DNA of 64,000 nt from Pseudovirgaria hyperparasitica. Lineage: Eukaryota. Within the stretch, counting starts at the first letter, position 1; every line of letters starts with the position of its first letter. Where the stretch lies: the NCBI GenBank assembly GCA_010093815.1, contig ML996576.1. One strand, written 5' to 3'. The position numbers and the translations under genes were made by a program. Of the stretch, positions 22,893 through 36,862 are shown one piece after another. The notes below the pieces were generated by a model. It saw only the letters and a program-made list of their open reading frames with translations, made no database searches and had not been told where the DNA came from.

Positions 22893-24363
22893 AGCACTGG
22901 GCTCCTTGGCCTTTTGCGACCTATTAGTCGGCTATCGTGCTCGGTTTGTCAGGCGGGATACGAGAACCAGTCTAGTCCAGGTCGTTGAGAGGCGGTCAAT
23001 GATGGATGAGGGATCAGACTGCGTCGTCATGGCCGTTGTGTTGTTGTCATTGCTATGGTTAGGGTCATTGTCATCCTTTTTTTTGCACAGGCTTCACGTA
23101 GGAACGCAAACCACCCAAGCAGCACCGTGTCACGTATGCGGCGAAATCCCCTCCATCGGCTCAACTTGTACCCATATACTACATATCATGGTAACTTATA
23201 AGCATATCGGAACCTTGCATGCAAGAATCCTCGGGAGGGGTCATCTAATCAGTCGCGGTCTTCCATGTACACACCACATCCCAGCATAGATCCAGAGTCA
23301 TGGTAGAGCAGAGTGGATTCCCTTGATGAGCTTAACTTGAGCTTACTTCTGTTACCAAGCAGCAGGAGAACCCAGCCAGCACACACGACTATGTACTATG
23401 AAAATCAAGTTCTTGGGGGAGAGGGGCTTGACCAATCAAAGCCGTCTGAATGCTGTGGCTAAGTGACTGTGCCACGCTCCCGGAACTCGATATTCGATTT
23501 CCCACCCGGTGAAACCAAACCAAGCTTTATTATGCTCTCTAATTAGCCCACCCACAGCATAATCGGATTCCTCCTTTTGCCCGTGGTGAGAAGGCGGATT
23601 TGTGTCTTTGTCCTTTGATGAGACAGTGAGAGGACTACACTAATAACGTTACTTGCTACTGTTAAGGTATGGTACATGAATAATTTAGTACTGATTCTAA
23701 TTGGACCATGCACATACTATATCTCGCAGGAACCGCGTCTAGCACCCTGCTGCCTACGCTTGGCCTGTTCCGACGACATTAAAGCACGGATCGCCCGCTC
23801 CGTCATCAAGAAGCAGTTACCCTGCGCTTACAGCGGTGTATTAGCGTCAAACCATAAAGCATACGAGGTGGGGCGGTTGGGATATGGGCATGCTGTGAAG
23901 AATTGAGGGGGAAGAGAACGGCCGGCAGGGATGGCAGGGCTGCACACGGTAATTGGACGTGGATCTTCATCTTTCTGTGAAACTTAGTCAAGACTCTGAC
24001 ACTACCAGAGCATAGGGCATGATCTGGCGAGAACAAATACTGGCCACTCTCGCCATGCACAGTCTGCAGGCAGGGTGAGGCCTGCGCAATCCTTGCACTC
24101 GGTGCTTCCGTACAGTCTAGACCCAAACCAGAACCAGAAGTCAGCAGTCAAGCCAGCCTCGTCTCAGATCGCGCTATGATGTGAGGTGCTAAACTGACTG
24201 TGCAGTGTCGAGTGCCCATCACCCAAAAACCCCCGAGCCAATCACGTATCGCGACAATTCCAAGTATTTGTTGATTGATTGCTCTTACGAATCTACCAAG
24301 ATACACATTAACACAAGGGATGTAACTTTGTACCACCACCAACGACCCCCCCTTAGCAAGCGC

Positions 24364-26022
24364 TTAAACCCCTAGGCTCCTGATATAATCGAGCACATCG
24401 TCCACTGCGTCATCGCAGGCTTGGAGCTGCAAGCTCAGTTGTGCATTCTCCTGTCTGACAGTTCGGATGACATTGAATGCCCCCGATTGCTGCCTCAGAC
24501 TGTCCGTCTCATCGTCGCCGAATCGAGTATGATGCATGGGCATCTTTCGACTGGTGACTTGCTGGCGACTTGGCTGTAATGAGCGTGTGGGTGTCAGAGA
24601 CATTGCGATGGCTTCCTGTGGCTGTGCATTTTGAAGCGATGCGAGAGTACATGTCGAAGGTGGGGTGAGTGTGTGATGGTAAGAAGTCCAATTTGGTGAA
24701 CAGGCTTCAACATGTGCGAGACTTGCAGCCGACGACGCCGTGCCCTCACTATCTGAGTCGAAGCCAGAATCTGTAAAGCTAATCGCCGAGTTGGACGTCC
24801 GCTTAGCTTGCCGCCGAGACCACGCTGGGTCGTCACGTTGGTCATATGAAGTTCTGCGACGTAAACGGGCTTCTTCCTCTGCAATCCGCAATTGTCGTTC
24901 CTTTTGGAGCTGCTGCTGGAGAGACTGCATTTCAGCGTCTTGTTCGGCTGCTCGCGCGGACATGTCGTCTAGCTGAATTTTGAGATGGCGCGAACGAGTC
25001 TCAAGCTCGTCACATTCCTCATCCTGTACGCTCTGTTCTGCTTTGAGTTCTGCAATCTGTTCGGCTTGTGAACGGTACGCGCTTTGGTAGCGTTGGAGCA
25101 GATTCTCAGCAGCTTCAAGAAGATCGTTGAAAGACGCAGGATCCAGTGGATCTGTTGGGCCGTGTGGAAACAGAGCATGCTGAACGTTTAGAGTTAGCAG
25201 CTCATCACTGCTATCTTCCGTGCGCGCCGGTTGCGAGACTCGAGGACCCTTTACACCGACAGACGGCAGTAGCCACGAGAATTTGTTCGTGGCGGATTGC
25301 GAGGTGGTTCGCCGTTGCAGCGTTGGCGCCGTAGAATTCCTCGTAGTGAACATGTCGTCGTCTGAATCTTCGCCCTCTTCTTCTTCTTCATCAACGTGAA
25401 GATGACGTGGTGTCTTCGAGGGCACGAGGCCCAGATTAACGTGTGCCGAAGCACCAACAAACAGCGCGCCGAATTTGCTATTACGTTTTGCGGAGACTGG
25501 ACGGTCTTGCTCCTGGTCTTCTTCGGCGATCTTGGAGCCACGGAGGGAGATGAAGCTGGCGAGAGATTTGGTGGGCGAATGCAGAGCGCCTTTGGAGGTC
25601 TGTTGGATCGTAGAGGCAGCCTGGTTCACGAAGGGTCGGCAGTTGTCGAGGAAGGTGTTTGTGAGAGAGCGCTGGGTGTGGCTGGGTGGCTGGGTGTAGT
25701 CGTCGAAGGGTGAGGGGCCAGGCTGGTATCTCGTGTCGGTTTGGTGGAAAGCAGCGGAAGGAACAGATAAGTTGATGTCGTCAAAGTTATTGTCATCTAA
25801 GGATGATGCGTGGGAAGGGGTTGGTGGTGGATGTTGGCGGAGTATCAATCCATGTCCGCTGCGCAGGGAACAAGCTGTAGCACTGGAGGTGGAGTGATGT
25901 CGTGTATGGCTGTGTTGAAACTGGTCGTGCTGCTTTTGTTGTTGCTGCTGTTGCTGTTGCTGGTTCTGGTTCTGGTGCCGGTGCTGGTGCCCATGAGATG
26001 TCGAGGAGGAGGAAGGATACAT
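24364..26022 (-). CDS. Uncharacterised coiled-coil protein with Q/H-rich N-terminus
   Basis: Long ORF (first ATG 26022); LFPHGPTDPLDPASFNDL block then extended heptad region; SGFDSD motif. Confidence 0.8.
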   Translation of the reverse strand: MYPSSSSTSHGHQHRHQNQNQQQQQQQQQKQHDQFQHSHTRHHSTSSATACSLRSGHGLILRQHPPPTPSHASSLDDNNFDDINLSVPSAAFHQTDTRYQPGPSPFDDYTQPPSHTQRSLTNTFLDNCRPFVNQAASTIQQTSKGALHSPTKSLASFISLRGSKIAEEDQEQDRPVSAKRNSKFGALFVGASAHVNLGLVPSKTPRHLHVDEEEEEGEDSDDDMFTTRNSTAPTLQRRTTSQSATNKFSWLLPSVGVKGPRVSQPARTEDSSDELLTLNVQHALFPHGPTDPLDPASFNDLLEAAENLLQRYQSAYRSQAEQIAELKAEQSVQDEECDELETRSRHLKIQLDDMSARAAEQDAEMQSLQQQLQKERQLRIAEEEARLRRRTSYDQRDDPAWSRRQAKRTSNSAISFTDSGFDSDSEGTASSAASLAHVEACSPNWTSYHHTLTPPSTCTLASLQNAQPQEAIAMSLTPTRSLQPSRQQVTSRKMPMHHTRFGDDETDSLRQQSGAFNVIRTVRQENAQLSLQLQACDDAVDDVLDYIRSLGV

Positions 26023-28292
26023 GAGGATAGCTGGTGGCGGGGACGTTGACCACGAATGCGACTGACTGCAGATGCAGGTGGGCGTTTTGCAGGCGGTTGG
26101 AGGCGAATGCAGTAGCTTCTGAGCTGGCGCAGGTCGAGAACCAGATGAGTGGAAGTCGAAATGGTTATGATGGTGGTGGAACAATTAAGGAGGCTCGAAA
26201 TTTCCGATAGAAGTGTGTGCTAGTAGACTCAGAAGATTTGGAGAGGAGATTTGCATATGGATTGGAGTGAACGAGTGAAGATACAATTGATGTGGTTGAG
26301 ATATTCGTCGAAAGTGGCTGGGTGTGGCTGGTATACTGAGAGGTTGGGGTGTGGCTGGGGAACAAGCTTAGATGGAGGGGCAGGCGGTGTGGCTAGGTAG
26401 AAGTGTGGCATGGCTTGATTGGCTGGACTTTTGTCTGGGTAGGTTTCATCACGCTACGGGGTACAATATCTACCATGCATGGCAGCTACTGTATACTTAA
26501 GTAAATGCTCCATTTCCATCAAGAGAGTTTAGCTATCACACAGGCTAGACACTGCACCTAGCTATAGATGCTTGGAAGGTAATAATACTAAAAGTCCAAC
26601 GAATTGTCCGTTCCTATGAGAAGCATAATCAACCCAGCTCTATGAATGACGGCGGATCTTGTTGATGAACCTGGCACCTAGACACGACCACGACCGACAG
26701 CTGATCAAGATCGCCCACCACCACCCAAGGACAAAAATGTCAGTGCGCCGAAGCGACTACGTATGCAGCCAGACACGATCGGGGAGAATCCACTCCAGCA
26801 GCACAGCACATCCCACTCATCACGAATGACGAGTACCCACCTGTTGAAGAATGAATGGGTGCGTCAACTACCTAGTATTTTATTAGGTAGTCTAAGAACA
26901 TCCGACGACGTGGCTGAGCGAGCGGACGGTGAGAGAAGAGAGCAGGGGGGGGTGCTTAGGCTGCTCATGGCGCTGCCGCCGACGGGAGCACAGGGTCGCG
27001 CCTGCCCTTTTTTCTTTTCTTTCTAACGGCAACGGCCAGCGGCAACGTCAGCGGTCAAAAACATCCATCCCCCTCGCTCGCCCCAGAGCCCCGGATCCTG
27101 GTCCTGGTCCTGGTCACGTGGGATCTATTACTTACTTCCCAAACACGTGGCAGCTCTTCTTTTTCCATCAACACATCATTAATTACAGGTTCATAGCTGC
27201 ACAGCACACAGCACAGCCGAGAGCCACCTGCAGCAAAAGCACAGACTATGTTTGTAATGTCCTCAATATTAAGCCATGCTCATACCGAAAAGAGAGAGAT
27301 AAAAAGAAAAAGAAAAAAAAACATACTTCATTTATCCGCAGGCAGAAAATTGCCCCGAGGTATTGTGCATATCAATCATCTCATAATTTCCGCATCCTAC
27401 GGTCTACCTAGGGTTGGTGTTTTCTTGGTGGTCACGCAGAAATGAAGCTCCTCTATGTGTGAGTGAGGTATTTCCCATGTCACCAACAAAGAGTTCGAAC
27501 GAAATAAGCCGTCTTTCTCTTTAACCTATCTATCCCTGCATGCTTTATACCGAGCACTCTGCGTTTTTAATCTCCAATAAATACTACTACTACACACACA
27601 CACATAGAGAATCTCCAGTAACTTTAGGGGCCATACCAGAGCATATGACTTTCTGGCCACGTCAATGTCCTTCTTTCTGGTCAGAGTCTCACGTTTTTGA
27701 TATAATCATGTGGTCTGGTACATGTTTAGCTTAGCAACCTATGTCGGAAGCGCGTGCGTCGTCGTGCATAGATAGTTAACAAAGCTTAGTCGAGCATTTA
27801 GTCCCAAGCCTCTTAAATTAATACTTTCAATTTCGCGTGGTATTGAACACTTTAGCTTGAAACACGCATATTGCTACAATTGATCTGAGAGCCCTTTTGA
27901 AGAACCGGTACATCTATTCCATCCTTCGAAGCTCGTATGCACTGCCATTGGCATTCACTGTATGTGCAGGTCCGGTTACCCGTTCATGTCTGCATTGTGG
28001 ACCGTGGTGCGATTTGGGTATCCTACGGTATCGACTCCGAAATGCGCAGCCTGCAGGGTCTCCCCGGCAAATAAGCCACGCGTAAATATGCCCCCAGGGT
28101 GCAGTCCCAATCAGGCAATCCGACCTCGATGCAATTATCAGACCATTTTTGACTCGTGGGTGCGCCGTGTATCCCTTGAGCCCTGCTGCCACCAACCAAA
28201 CACGGCGTCGCAGTGACAGGTAACAAGGTACGCTTCTTGAGACTGTAGTGTTATTGTCATGGCTGTTTGCAATCACCATATGCGTCATAACA

Positions 28293-31200
28293 TCACAAAG
28301 CCCATTCATCCTTGTTGTCTGCAGACGTCGTAAAAGGCTCATCAATGAGCCGCACGGCGAGCTCGCTGCAGAGGACACTGCACGAATAGTATTAGCATCA
28401 CGTCCATGTCACATCGTCTAACAACACACTCACCATGACCCTGCCACCAGAGCATCCAGCTCTTTGACTAGTTTCTCCCTCTTCGCACCCACACTGGTGC
28501 CCTTGCTCACTTCCATCTCTACGTCTCTGATCTTTCTCCCTCTCGCAGTACCCACAAGCTCCACAACCTTCTTGCCCAAGCAGTCACTGTGGAACGCATG
28601 TTGGCAAGGGAAGACGAAGAATTGCCTTGCCAACAATGGCAGACGACATACGTAACATCTCTCACCAGGCTCGACGATTGCGTATCGCTGATCGAGGGCT
28701 TTAATGTCCGATTTGATATGCCTCGCCGTTTCCTCACTCGCATCCATCTCTTCACGCAATCTATCCATGTTCTGTGAATACTGCTCGAGTGCCTTGCAAA
28801 TCTCTTCTTTAAAGTCGTCAATGACGACAAAATCGGGAAAGAAGGGAATGAGGTCTTCTATCTTGAGTAGGTCGCACTTTTGCAGCAGTTCAATGGCTGC
28901 TTTGATGCCCTGCGTCTGGCTGATGACTTTTCTAGCGACTGCGAGCCACAGCTTCTTCCGTAGGGCTGGTGTGACATCCGAGCGGTTGGCTACAGAAGTG
29001 GCAAGATCGATCTTGTCGTGCTTCAGTGCTAGATCTACTGCTTGAATTGGCTGGCCCATCGAGCTGTATATGTGTACGCAGCTCTGAACTCGGTCATGCT
29101 CGATGCAAAGTCGGAGAGCAAAGTCGGCGTCGTAATGTTGCTCAGAGGAGTACGACTGTTGTTCAAGATAGGTAAGAAGTGCCGTTTCATCCTGGGACCG
29201 GCTCGATGCGTATATAGAGATCAGTGTGTTGTGAACTGCCGCGTCTGTAGAGTTGCGCCGGTTGATCTCGTCCTGGAGGTAGCGAACTGCTTGGTTCTGT
29301 GCTAGAGATGTCGAGGTCGTAGTGTTGTTGTAGTTCAGGAATGCAGGTATGAGTTTGCGCGCATCAAGGTTTGTCTGTCTCATCATGATGTCGACCATTT
29401 CAGCTGGGGCATGAATCATCAACACACTGCTATATTTGTAAAAGATATCCGGATCGGTCTGTTTCATGAGCACATCAAGCGATTCCCTCCACCGCTCGCG
29501 TTGCACCCAGTATGATAATACGTAGTTGTAGTCGTTGATGACATTCGCAAAGTAGAGCAATTCCTCTTCGCGACCATGACTACTGATGATATCGTAGGTT
29601 GTCTTTCGGTCCAGATCCAATCGATATTTGGACGCAAAGTCTTGGAACTCCTTCCGCACTCCTGACAAGCGGTCTTGTGTTTCGGCAGTATTCATACTTT
29701 CAGAAAGCTCTGCCTTGGTGGTGATTGTATCGTCCAGTGAGTTCAGCTTCGCCATGTAGATCTCTACCAGCCATGTCGCCAACATGATCCGTTGCATGGT
29801 CGCAGTTTTCTTCATGTTTTGCAATTTCGTCGTCAGGTACCTTCGAAGAGCGTCTTGCTCTCCCGCATCGATGAGAGTCAGAGAGACTTGCTCAAAGGGT
29901 TTCGTGCTGCGCCCGTAAACCACGGCCGCCTCCATGTACTGGTTCCGTCCAACGAGATGATCACCATATGCAGTCGAGACAGCATCTCTATGCTCGGGCG
30001 TCTTTGCAAACTTCGAAGCAGCCTCGAAATTCTTGTTTCGAAGCATTATTCGCCAGATATCTCGACTTTCGTCTTCTACGACGATTTCGAAGATCGCTTG
30101 GGATGTGAACAGCCAGAACGTGTTCTTCTTCATATCCGCCACCAAGCCGAGTATGCTTTGACCTTGCTCCAAGACCTCTTGATCGAGTACGACTGTTTCA
30201 TCTAGTCTATTGATAGCCACTAATCTTCCTTCAACCAACTGCAGGACGTGCCATTGAGTCAAGACCATGGAAGCGACATTATCCTGTGAAGCTCGCGGTC
30301 GCCCGGTCGAGCTTTGTGATGGTGGTATGACTGATCGTGGAAGGGTCTTGGCCTCTGAGTAAACTCTGTTGCCTAGCTCAGATGGATCAGGCGACGTAAG
30401 GAGCTTGCCATGAAACACCCCTCTCGACGTAAGCCAAGCGAACACCCTTTCCTCTCCAGCAGAAACAGAATCTTCTGGCGACTCAGGGGAGATAGCCAGG
30501 CTTGATACTGCAGCCTGCGAAGTTCCCGGAACACTGTGCACTGTGGGTGCTTCGCCTTCAAACATTCGAGAGTAAATCGATGCGCTGCCTTCGTGACCTG
30601 GTCTGCCGACTTTGCCTACGAAGTGAAGAAGCTTTGATTCCGTTGCCACGAGAACTCGGCGCGTGTCTTGTCTTCCCGGAAGAGTGTCTGTCCATATACC
30701 TGTAATTGCACTGTCCGCCCTGTATACATGTTTACAGAATCGCTCCTCCCGACGGTAAAACTCAGTCGATTGCTCGATGTAGAGCTCATAAATGTTGCCA
30801 TCCGCCGCACCGATCAAGATTTCACGCGTCGTAGACGTCGGTTGGGAAGGATTCCAGGATATCGACTCGATGTTGACGCCCTTCAAGCGCGATAGAGCTT
30901 TCGGTTGTCTTGATTGTGCATGGAGATAGAAGTTTTCATTGAGTGTAGTTGTTATGATAAGGTGCGATGCAGAGGGATCGAGGAATAGTCGACGTATAAT
31001 TCCGACTTCAGTAGTCTTCTTGGGAAGGTCGATGTCTACTCTTGTCAGTGTCTCGAGCCTGGAGGGACTACTATGGCTACTACTAACCATCTATGTCGGC
31101 AGGATTGCTTAGATCTATTCTGAGTATCCTGCCTGTCGTCAAAGCCAAGATGAGAATATCATTAGCTACCTGGGCTGCGACGAAGTCTGAAGCAACCGAG

Positions 31201-31304
31201 AACTGGAGCGCGACTCGCTCCAAGTTGAAGACTGGAAGCGCTTGTTCCTCATGGTCCTTAAGATTAGAGGGCGCAACGTAGCCGCTGGAGGATTCGAAGG
31301 CCAT
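28293..31304 (-). CDS. PEP3: HOPS/CORVET subunit Pep3/Vps18, 3 exons
   Basis: Exons 31304-31088, 31035-28434, 28377-28293; beta-propeller, clathrin-like repeats, LKIEDLIPFFPDF, RING-H2 CYVC...FPCQHAFHSDC...CVLC. Confidence 0.96.
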
Positions 31305-31842
31305 GTGGTCACATATGACACATCGCGAACCGGAATCAGCGTTCTGTGGATGTGGTGGTATGCTTCAAGCATGCGAAGCTACTTGGGCGCTACGTATGAT
31401 GCGCGACCTAATTCGGTTTAGCTCTAATGGAGCCGTGCCTTGGTAACTGCAAAAAATGCGGGGATTGTATCACTACATCATACTTTTGGAATCAGACCTC
31501 GTGGACAGCTGGGATTCTGATTGTGGTGATGGTGTTTGTCTCCATGAAACACCCTGCTATGTACACTTTGGCTCCACACGTCCCGCAGGCTATCAAGCCA
31601 TCAATTCTGTTCATTTAAGAGTCAAATCCGTCACAAGGGATGTTGCTTAAAGACTCTCAGTCTAGGTTATCAGTGCCCGGCTTTCTTATGTGTTTAGTAT
31701 TATCATTTTGCAACCCGATTCCAAAGTGTTCCATTTCAGGTCGACTTCTCAATTTTTCTCTCGATGCTATAGTCTTTACGAATTCCATGGCAGTATGCGA
31801 CGTGTCATAAAGCCGCGACAATATCATCACCACGTACCGTGC

Positions 31843-32304
31843 TCACGAGAACTCCACCAGCGGCCTTGACCTCACAGTCCTTCCATCCCTAGGCTCGATA
31901 TCCTCTCTATCATCAGCCATCTCCCCACACTCGACGCCCGAGTACAGATTCTCAGGCCCGATCTCTACAGCAACGCCCTCATCAACTACAACATTCCATC
32001 GACGCAGAAGACGAGTCCACTCGTTCATCAGTATGTTGATATCTCTTTCGATGTTCGAAAGTCGGATGCGGTTGACATTCTTCATATTTTCGGCCGACTC
32101 GCGTCTCGCCTCGAGATAGTCGAAGAGTTCTTCCAGCTCCCGCATGTGCGCAATCTTCGTCGCGTTGGTGACATTGTCTGGAGGGGGCTGCAGCGCTATT
32201 CTCAGCAGGTGTGTTGTTTGGGCGGTGGTGATGGCGCTTGGCATTATGGACGACATGGAGGGCGTGGGGGTTTGTTCGGTTGAATCTCTCGTCGAGCTTG
32301 ACAT
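31843..32304 (-). CDS. Hypothetical protein
   Basis: ORF with a helical acidic core; no recognised domain; start uncertain. Confidence 0.4.
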   Translation of the reverse strand: MSSSTRDSTEQTPTPSMSSIMPSAITTAQTTHLLRIALQPPPDNVTNATKIAHMRELEELFDYLEARRESAENMKNVNRIRLSNIERDINILMNEWTRLLRRWNVVVDEGVAVEIGPENLYSGVECGEMADDREDIEPRDGRTVRSRPLVEFS

Positions 32305-32651
32305 GGAAGATGGAAAGATGTCATGTAGGGGAAGCAGCGTGGTCGTATTATGATCGCAGCATTGTTTCTGCATGTCATGCGGCCTGCTGACGGTAGTCAT
32401 GCGTTTGTCTCTGCGTAACAAAAGTGAATGATGTAAATAAAATCTTCACGCTCAGACGGAAACTCGTGTAGGCAGCAACATCCATCCATCGAGCTCCCAG
32501 ATCCCATCCCTTGACTGATCGATGTTACACAAGTCCGGGGACAGGGGTAGAATGGAAAAACACATCGTTTTCATACGGGATACAATAGTACGAGTGGAAA
32601 TGATTCATGCAGACGAGGACTTGTAGTAACATGTCTGACGCTATGGGAAGC

Positions 32652-33404
32652 TCAACTCTCCACCACAACCCACTCATTCCCCGAACACCAACCCATCTCA
32701 TCATCACTCGGGCCATCAAGTATCTCGTCCTCAACATCGCTCTCCGCAACCTCGCTCCATTCCCTGTCCACTGTCCTCCACTTCTTCTCCTCAGACTTCG
32801 CCAAAGCCCAGTCCACAAGCCTACTCATCTCTCCTCTTCCTTCCCCTCCACCGCGATCATCTGTCCAAGAATACATGTCCCAGACACTGTCGCTATTCTG
32901 GTCCGCTCTCGGTCCATACAGCTCCAGCTCAGCAGCTCTGAACTCGGCATCGACGTCCCACTCGCATTCTTCGCCCTGGTAGAACACATCCCCTCGAGCC
33001 TCGCTCACACTTTGCGTCATCACCCCGCCCTTCAGCATCATGAACTTGCGATTGTTGGGGCCCCAGCCCTTGCCCTTGATTCTGCGTCCGCCGTTGGGAG
33101 ATCCGTGCTCTAGTAGTTGAGCTTGCTTCCATAACATGTGTTTTGTTACGGCCTCTGGCAGTGTGTCGGAGGGGTGGTCGAGAAGGCATTCGTTGTGGGT
33201 ATGTGACCTGGTGCTGGCTTGGATGGTGTCCATCGCGGATGTGTGAGAGGGGCAGTCGATCGGTCGAATGATCTGATTGTGATTCATATGTCTCAACTTG
33301 CCATATTTCACGGAATGCTTGCGGACGCGATCATGTTCTTTGGAGGGAGACCGAAGGTCTAGGGTAGGTTCAAAGGGAGAAGTGAGGTTGCTGTGCTTAG
33401 GCAT
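32652..33404 (-). CDS. Hypothetical protein with acidic Trp-rich C-terminus
   Basis: About 250 codons from ATG 33404; no recognised domain. Confidence 0.45.
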   Translation of the reverse strand: MPKHSNLTSPFEPTLDLRSPSKEHDRVRKHSVKYGKLRHMNHNQIIRPIDCPSHTSAMDTIQASTRSHTHNECLLDHPSDTLPEAVTKHMLWKQAQLLEHGSPNGGRRIKGKGWGPNNRKFMMLKGGVMTQSVSEARGDVFYQGEECEWDVDAEFRAAELELYGPRADQNSDSVWDMYSWTDDRGGGEGRGEMSRLVDWALAKSEEKKWRTVDREWSEVAESDVEDEILDGPSDDEMGWCSGNEWVVVES

Positions 33405-34860
33405 CTCGGCTTGTTGGGGATTGTTTAGGTTCGTTGGATGAACCGTATATGATGTCTCGGAGGGTGCCGTGAGCAATCAAGGAATCCGCTTAACGTAACA
33501 AGCTATGTGGAATATGTGCGAGATTAAGTTAGGAGTCCTTATGCATGACTGTCGTGTGTGAACTGCAAAACAGAACAGTTTTATATTGATCTTGGTCGAA
33601 AGTTTGGACCAGAAGCGGGTGAATGTAGCTCAAACAACTCAGCTCACGGTGTCATGGGTTGAGTGAATCAGGTAAACAAGAGCCTGAACGCTTGCTTCAA
33701 TGATGTACCATTACAGAAGACGATGTCCGTTTCGGGTCAACGTAAAGCCAAACTGAGGAGTCATCATTATGGCTCATCGCACGGAGGAAGCTGGAACTGC
33801 CCATTGACAATCGCGCAGACAAACATAAACTCATACGTTGTATCAGTCCTAGCCAGCATCTTTGGCAATGGCTTACTATCACAATCAACCAAGCTGAGGA
33901 AGCTGGTGCGCCACTAGCATGCACTGCCACCACATAACGCAAGGGGATTCCACCCGCAGCCTTCAGGTTTCACAGGCAGCATTAGCAAATCGGTAGCAGA
34001 CTTCTTGACACTGCACTGCGTACGTTGTTAAGGGTGGTCATTGTTAAAGGCCAACAACAAAGCAGCATGAAAGCGAGCCAAGCAAAGGACAATGAATTGT
34101 CAGGGTATGTTTGTTGTCAGTGCTAGTGTTGGTCTAAACATCGCTAAAGGCGGCCCGGGGAGGGCAAGCGCGTCCGAGGGTCCAGGCTGGTTCCCGCCCC
34201 TTCCTCGTTCGGCCGCGACCCTTATGGCGATCAAGGCCTCTCTCTCTCTCTCTCTCTCTACCTGGATTCTGTGCTATTGATGAGGTTTTTGCCGGGTTCA
34301 AGATACAGTTACTTGCAGGATATATAGACAGGGTCTGGGCGTTGTATCAAGAGAACCAACATCGGAGGAAAACCTGCGAATCGCATCAGGCCATCCTAGC
34401 CCGATCAGCCTGTTTACGAATACGACCTCCACTCCTTTTATGTCTGGCTGGCTAGACGCGCGCCGACTTTTTTTTTGGGTGGGCGGCCGGGGGACGACGC
34501 TAATCCGTTACTGTAGGTATTGTGTATGCCTTGCGCGTCAAAGCAGATTCGCGGCTTGTTTTGGACAAGACTGCGCCCGCAAGGCTTTCTCCCCACTCCT
34601 CTCTTGTCGTCGATCTGATCTGCTTGTCGTTAATATTGTTGGTATCGTCTCTGTTCCACCGGTAATACCTGCCATCCTGCTCCATCACTTCACGATCGCG
34701 CCCTCAACTCAGCGGAGGACCTGTCACAAAACGTCGTGAAGACGCCCTTGCCCAGCCAGCCGCACGATCGGCTCTCCACCTGCTACCGCATTCATCCTTG
34801 GATCAGAGACTGAAAGCTTGAAAAGAAGAGAGACTCTATCAGATAATAGAGATTGTGATA

Positions 34861-35970
34861 ATGGGCTTCGCCCAGATAGCTCAGAGCTACTCGCAGAAAT
34901 GCAAAATCGTAGCCCACGTATTTCAAGTCCTCTTTATCTTCGTTGCAGGATGCATCACTCTCGCCATCCTCACAAAAGGCGGCTACGTCGGCGGTGGCAC
35001 CAAGTACTTTCTGGCATTGGTGAGCTGTCTTTCTCCGTAATCTGAGCAGACAATTCGCTAACAAGGACCCCTCTCTGCAGTGCTTATTGTCCGTCCCTGC
35101 GTTGTTATATCTAGTGATGGTGCCCATGTGGCAGCGAACAGTACGATTCGCCAATGTATGGGCCTTTATTAGCATCGACGCCTTGTATACCATCCTATGG
35201 CTCGCCGCCTTCATCTCAGTCGCCATGTACAACTCAGCGGGAATAAGACAGGGCGCAAAAGACGCGAATCTCGACGAGAACGACGGCAACTGCACGACGT
35301 TTGCATACGGCTCGGAGGGAAAGTGCAACATATCACGCGCAACAGTAGGCCTGGGCGCTGTCGTCTTGTGAGTAGCTAGCTATACAGCGCAGAATACGTC
35401 GGAGAAGAAGCTGACCTTTTCCCCTCAAGCGTCCTATTCCTCATCACGACTGGCATATCTGCATACTGGGCGCAGCACTTCCACAAAACGGGCGAGTCTC
35501 CATTTGCGGGCATGGCCGGCGGCGTGGGCCCGAACGGACGCACCCAAGCCCCAGATTTCGAAGCACAGAAGACTGATAATGCCGATGGAGCCCACGAATG
35601 GTCCGCAGACATGAACGACCACGGAAGGACAAGCGACGAATACATGCTCAATACTTCGACGATAGATGAGACGCATCCAGGACGCCCCATCGATTGGAGC
35701 AATGTTGACGACGACACTACGTATCACAGCCCGGCTGGCGCTGGTGTTGGCACATATCGCAAACCTACCGCTGTTGACACGACCGAGTACAGCGGCTATC
35801 AGGAGCCTAGTGCGCTAAGCCCCGGCGGATATGAGGACTATAGACGCAGCGATGTTCCGGCTCACACGGCCGACGACCGAGACGAGTCACAAGGGTACAA
35901 TGGATACGAGAGATATCGGGACGAGCAGCAGAGGAAACAATCACAGGGTGGGGGATACAGCTTCAGCTGA
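34861..35970 (+). CDS. MARVEL-like four-transmembrane protein, 3 exons
   Basis: Exons 34861-35019, 35081-35367, 35430-35970; four hydrophobic segments, DALYTILWLAAF, Cys-containing loop, hydrophilic tail. Confidence 0.85.
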
Positions 35971-36271
35971 ATGGTCGTGGCTCGGTCGAGCTAAAGTTGA
36001 TTTCTGTAATGGATATTGTACAGGCGTACCACGACGGAGTTCTGGGCAAATTTTGGCAGCTCGGGGCAACCATCTCAGCCTAGCGATGTATTTTCCAAGA
36101 TATTTCATTGAAGATGTTGACGTGATCCCATTTATTCCGCTGCGTGGATTTGAAGCATTCAATTCGAAGCCCGTAATGAAACTCAGAGAAAATCGAGAAC
36201 AGCCCTCACGATTCGAAACGCCAACCCATGCACCGCTCTGTCTTCACAACTCATTTCCAACCCAAGCCGCC

Positions 36272-36862
36272 TCACTTCTTCAACCTCTCCGCAATCTCCT
36301 TTGCAAGCTGCTTCAACTCCGCCACCTCACCATCCTGCTCCAAAGCCTGCTGCGTCCAAACTCTCGCCTCCTCCACCCGGCCCATCTCCAGCAAACACCT
36401 GCCCCTCCTCCACCACGCCTTCCCATTCCCCGCCCTCTTCATCTCCACACTACACTGCGCATCAGCCGCCCCGGCCACCCAGTCCCGCAGCTGCATGTGC
36501 GCCTGCGCCCGATTCGCATACAGGCCCGCCACCTCCTCCTTGACCAACCCATTGGGTTCCCACAGCGGGCGCTGCAGCGCCATGTTGATCGCGAGACCAT
36601 ACAGCTTGATTGCGTCGGCAAAGGACTCCTTTTTGAAGGCGGCGTTGCCGGATTCGTGCAGTTTGTTGATCTGCGCGGTGCGTTTCGGGTTGACGGGGAC
36701 TGGGGGTGGGGGCACGGTGTTGGGGCCGTCGAGGCTGAGGAGGGTTTTGTGCAGGGCGTTGAGGGTTGTGAGTTCGGTTGTGAGGGCGGGGGTTGGGTGG
36801 GTGGTTGTTATGGCTTTTGTTTGGGGGTCCATGTGGATGGGGAGCTGGGTGAAGGTGTCCAT
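36272..36862 (-). CDS. SEC72: Sec62/63 complex TPR subunit Sec72
   Basis: MDTFTQLP...VPPPPVPVNPKRTAQINKL...RPLWEP...YANRAQA...KAWWRRGRCL TPR motifs. Confidence 0.93.
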   Translation of the reverse strand: MDTFTQLPIHMDPQTKAITTTHPTPALTTELTTLNALHKTLLSLDGPNTVPPPPVPVNPKRTAQINKLHESGNAAFKKESFADAIKLYGLAINMALQRPLWEPNGLVKEEVAGLYANRAQAHMQLRDWVAGAADAQCSVEMKRAGNGKAWWRRGRCLLEMGRVEEARVWTQQALEQDGEVAELKQLAKEIAERLKK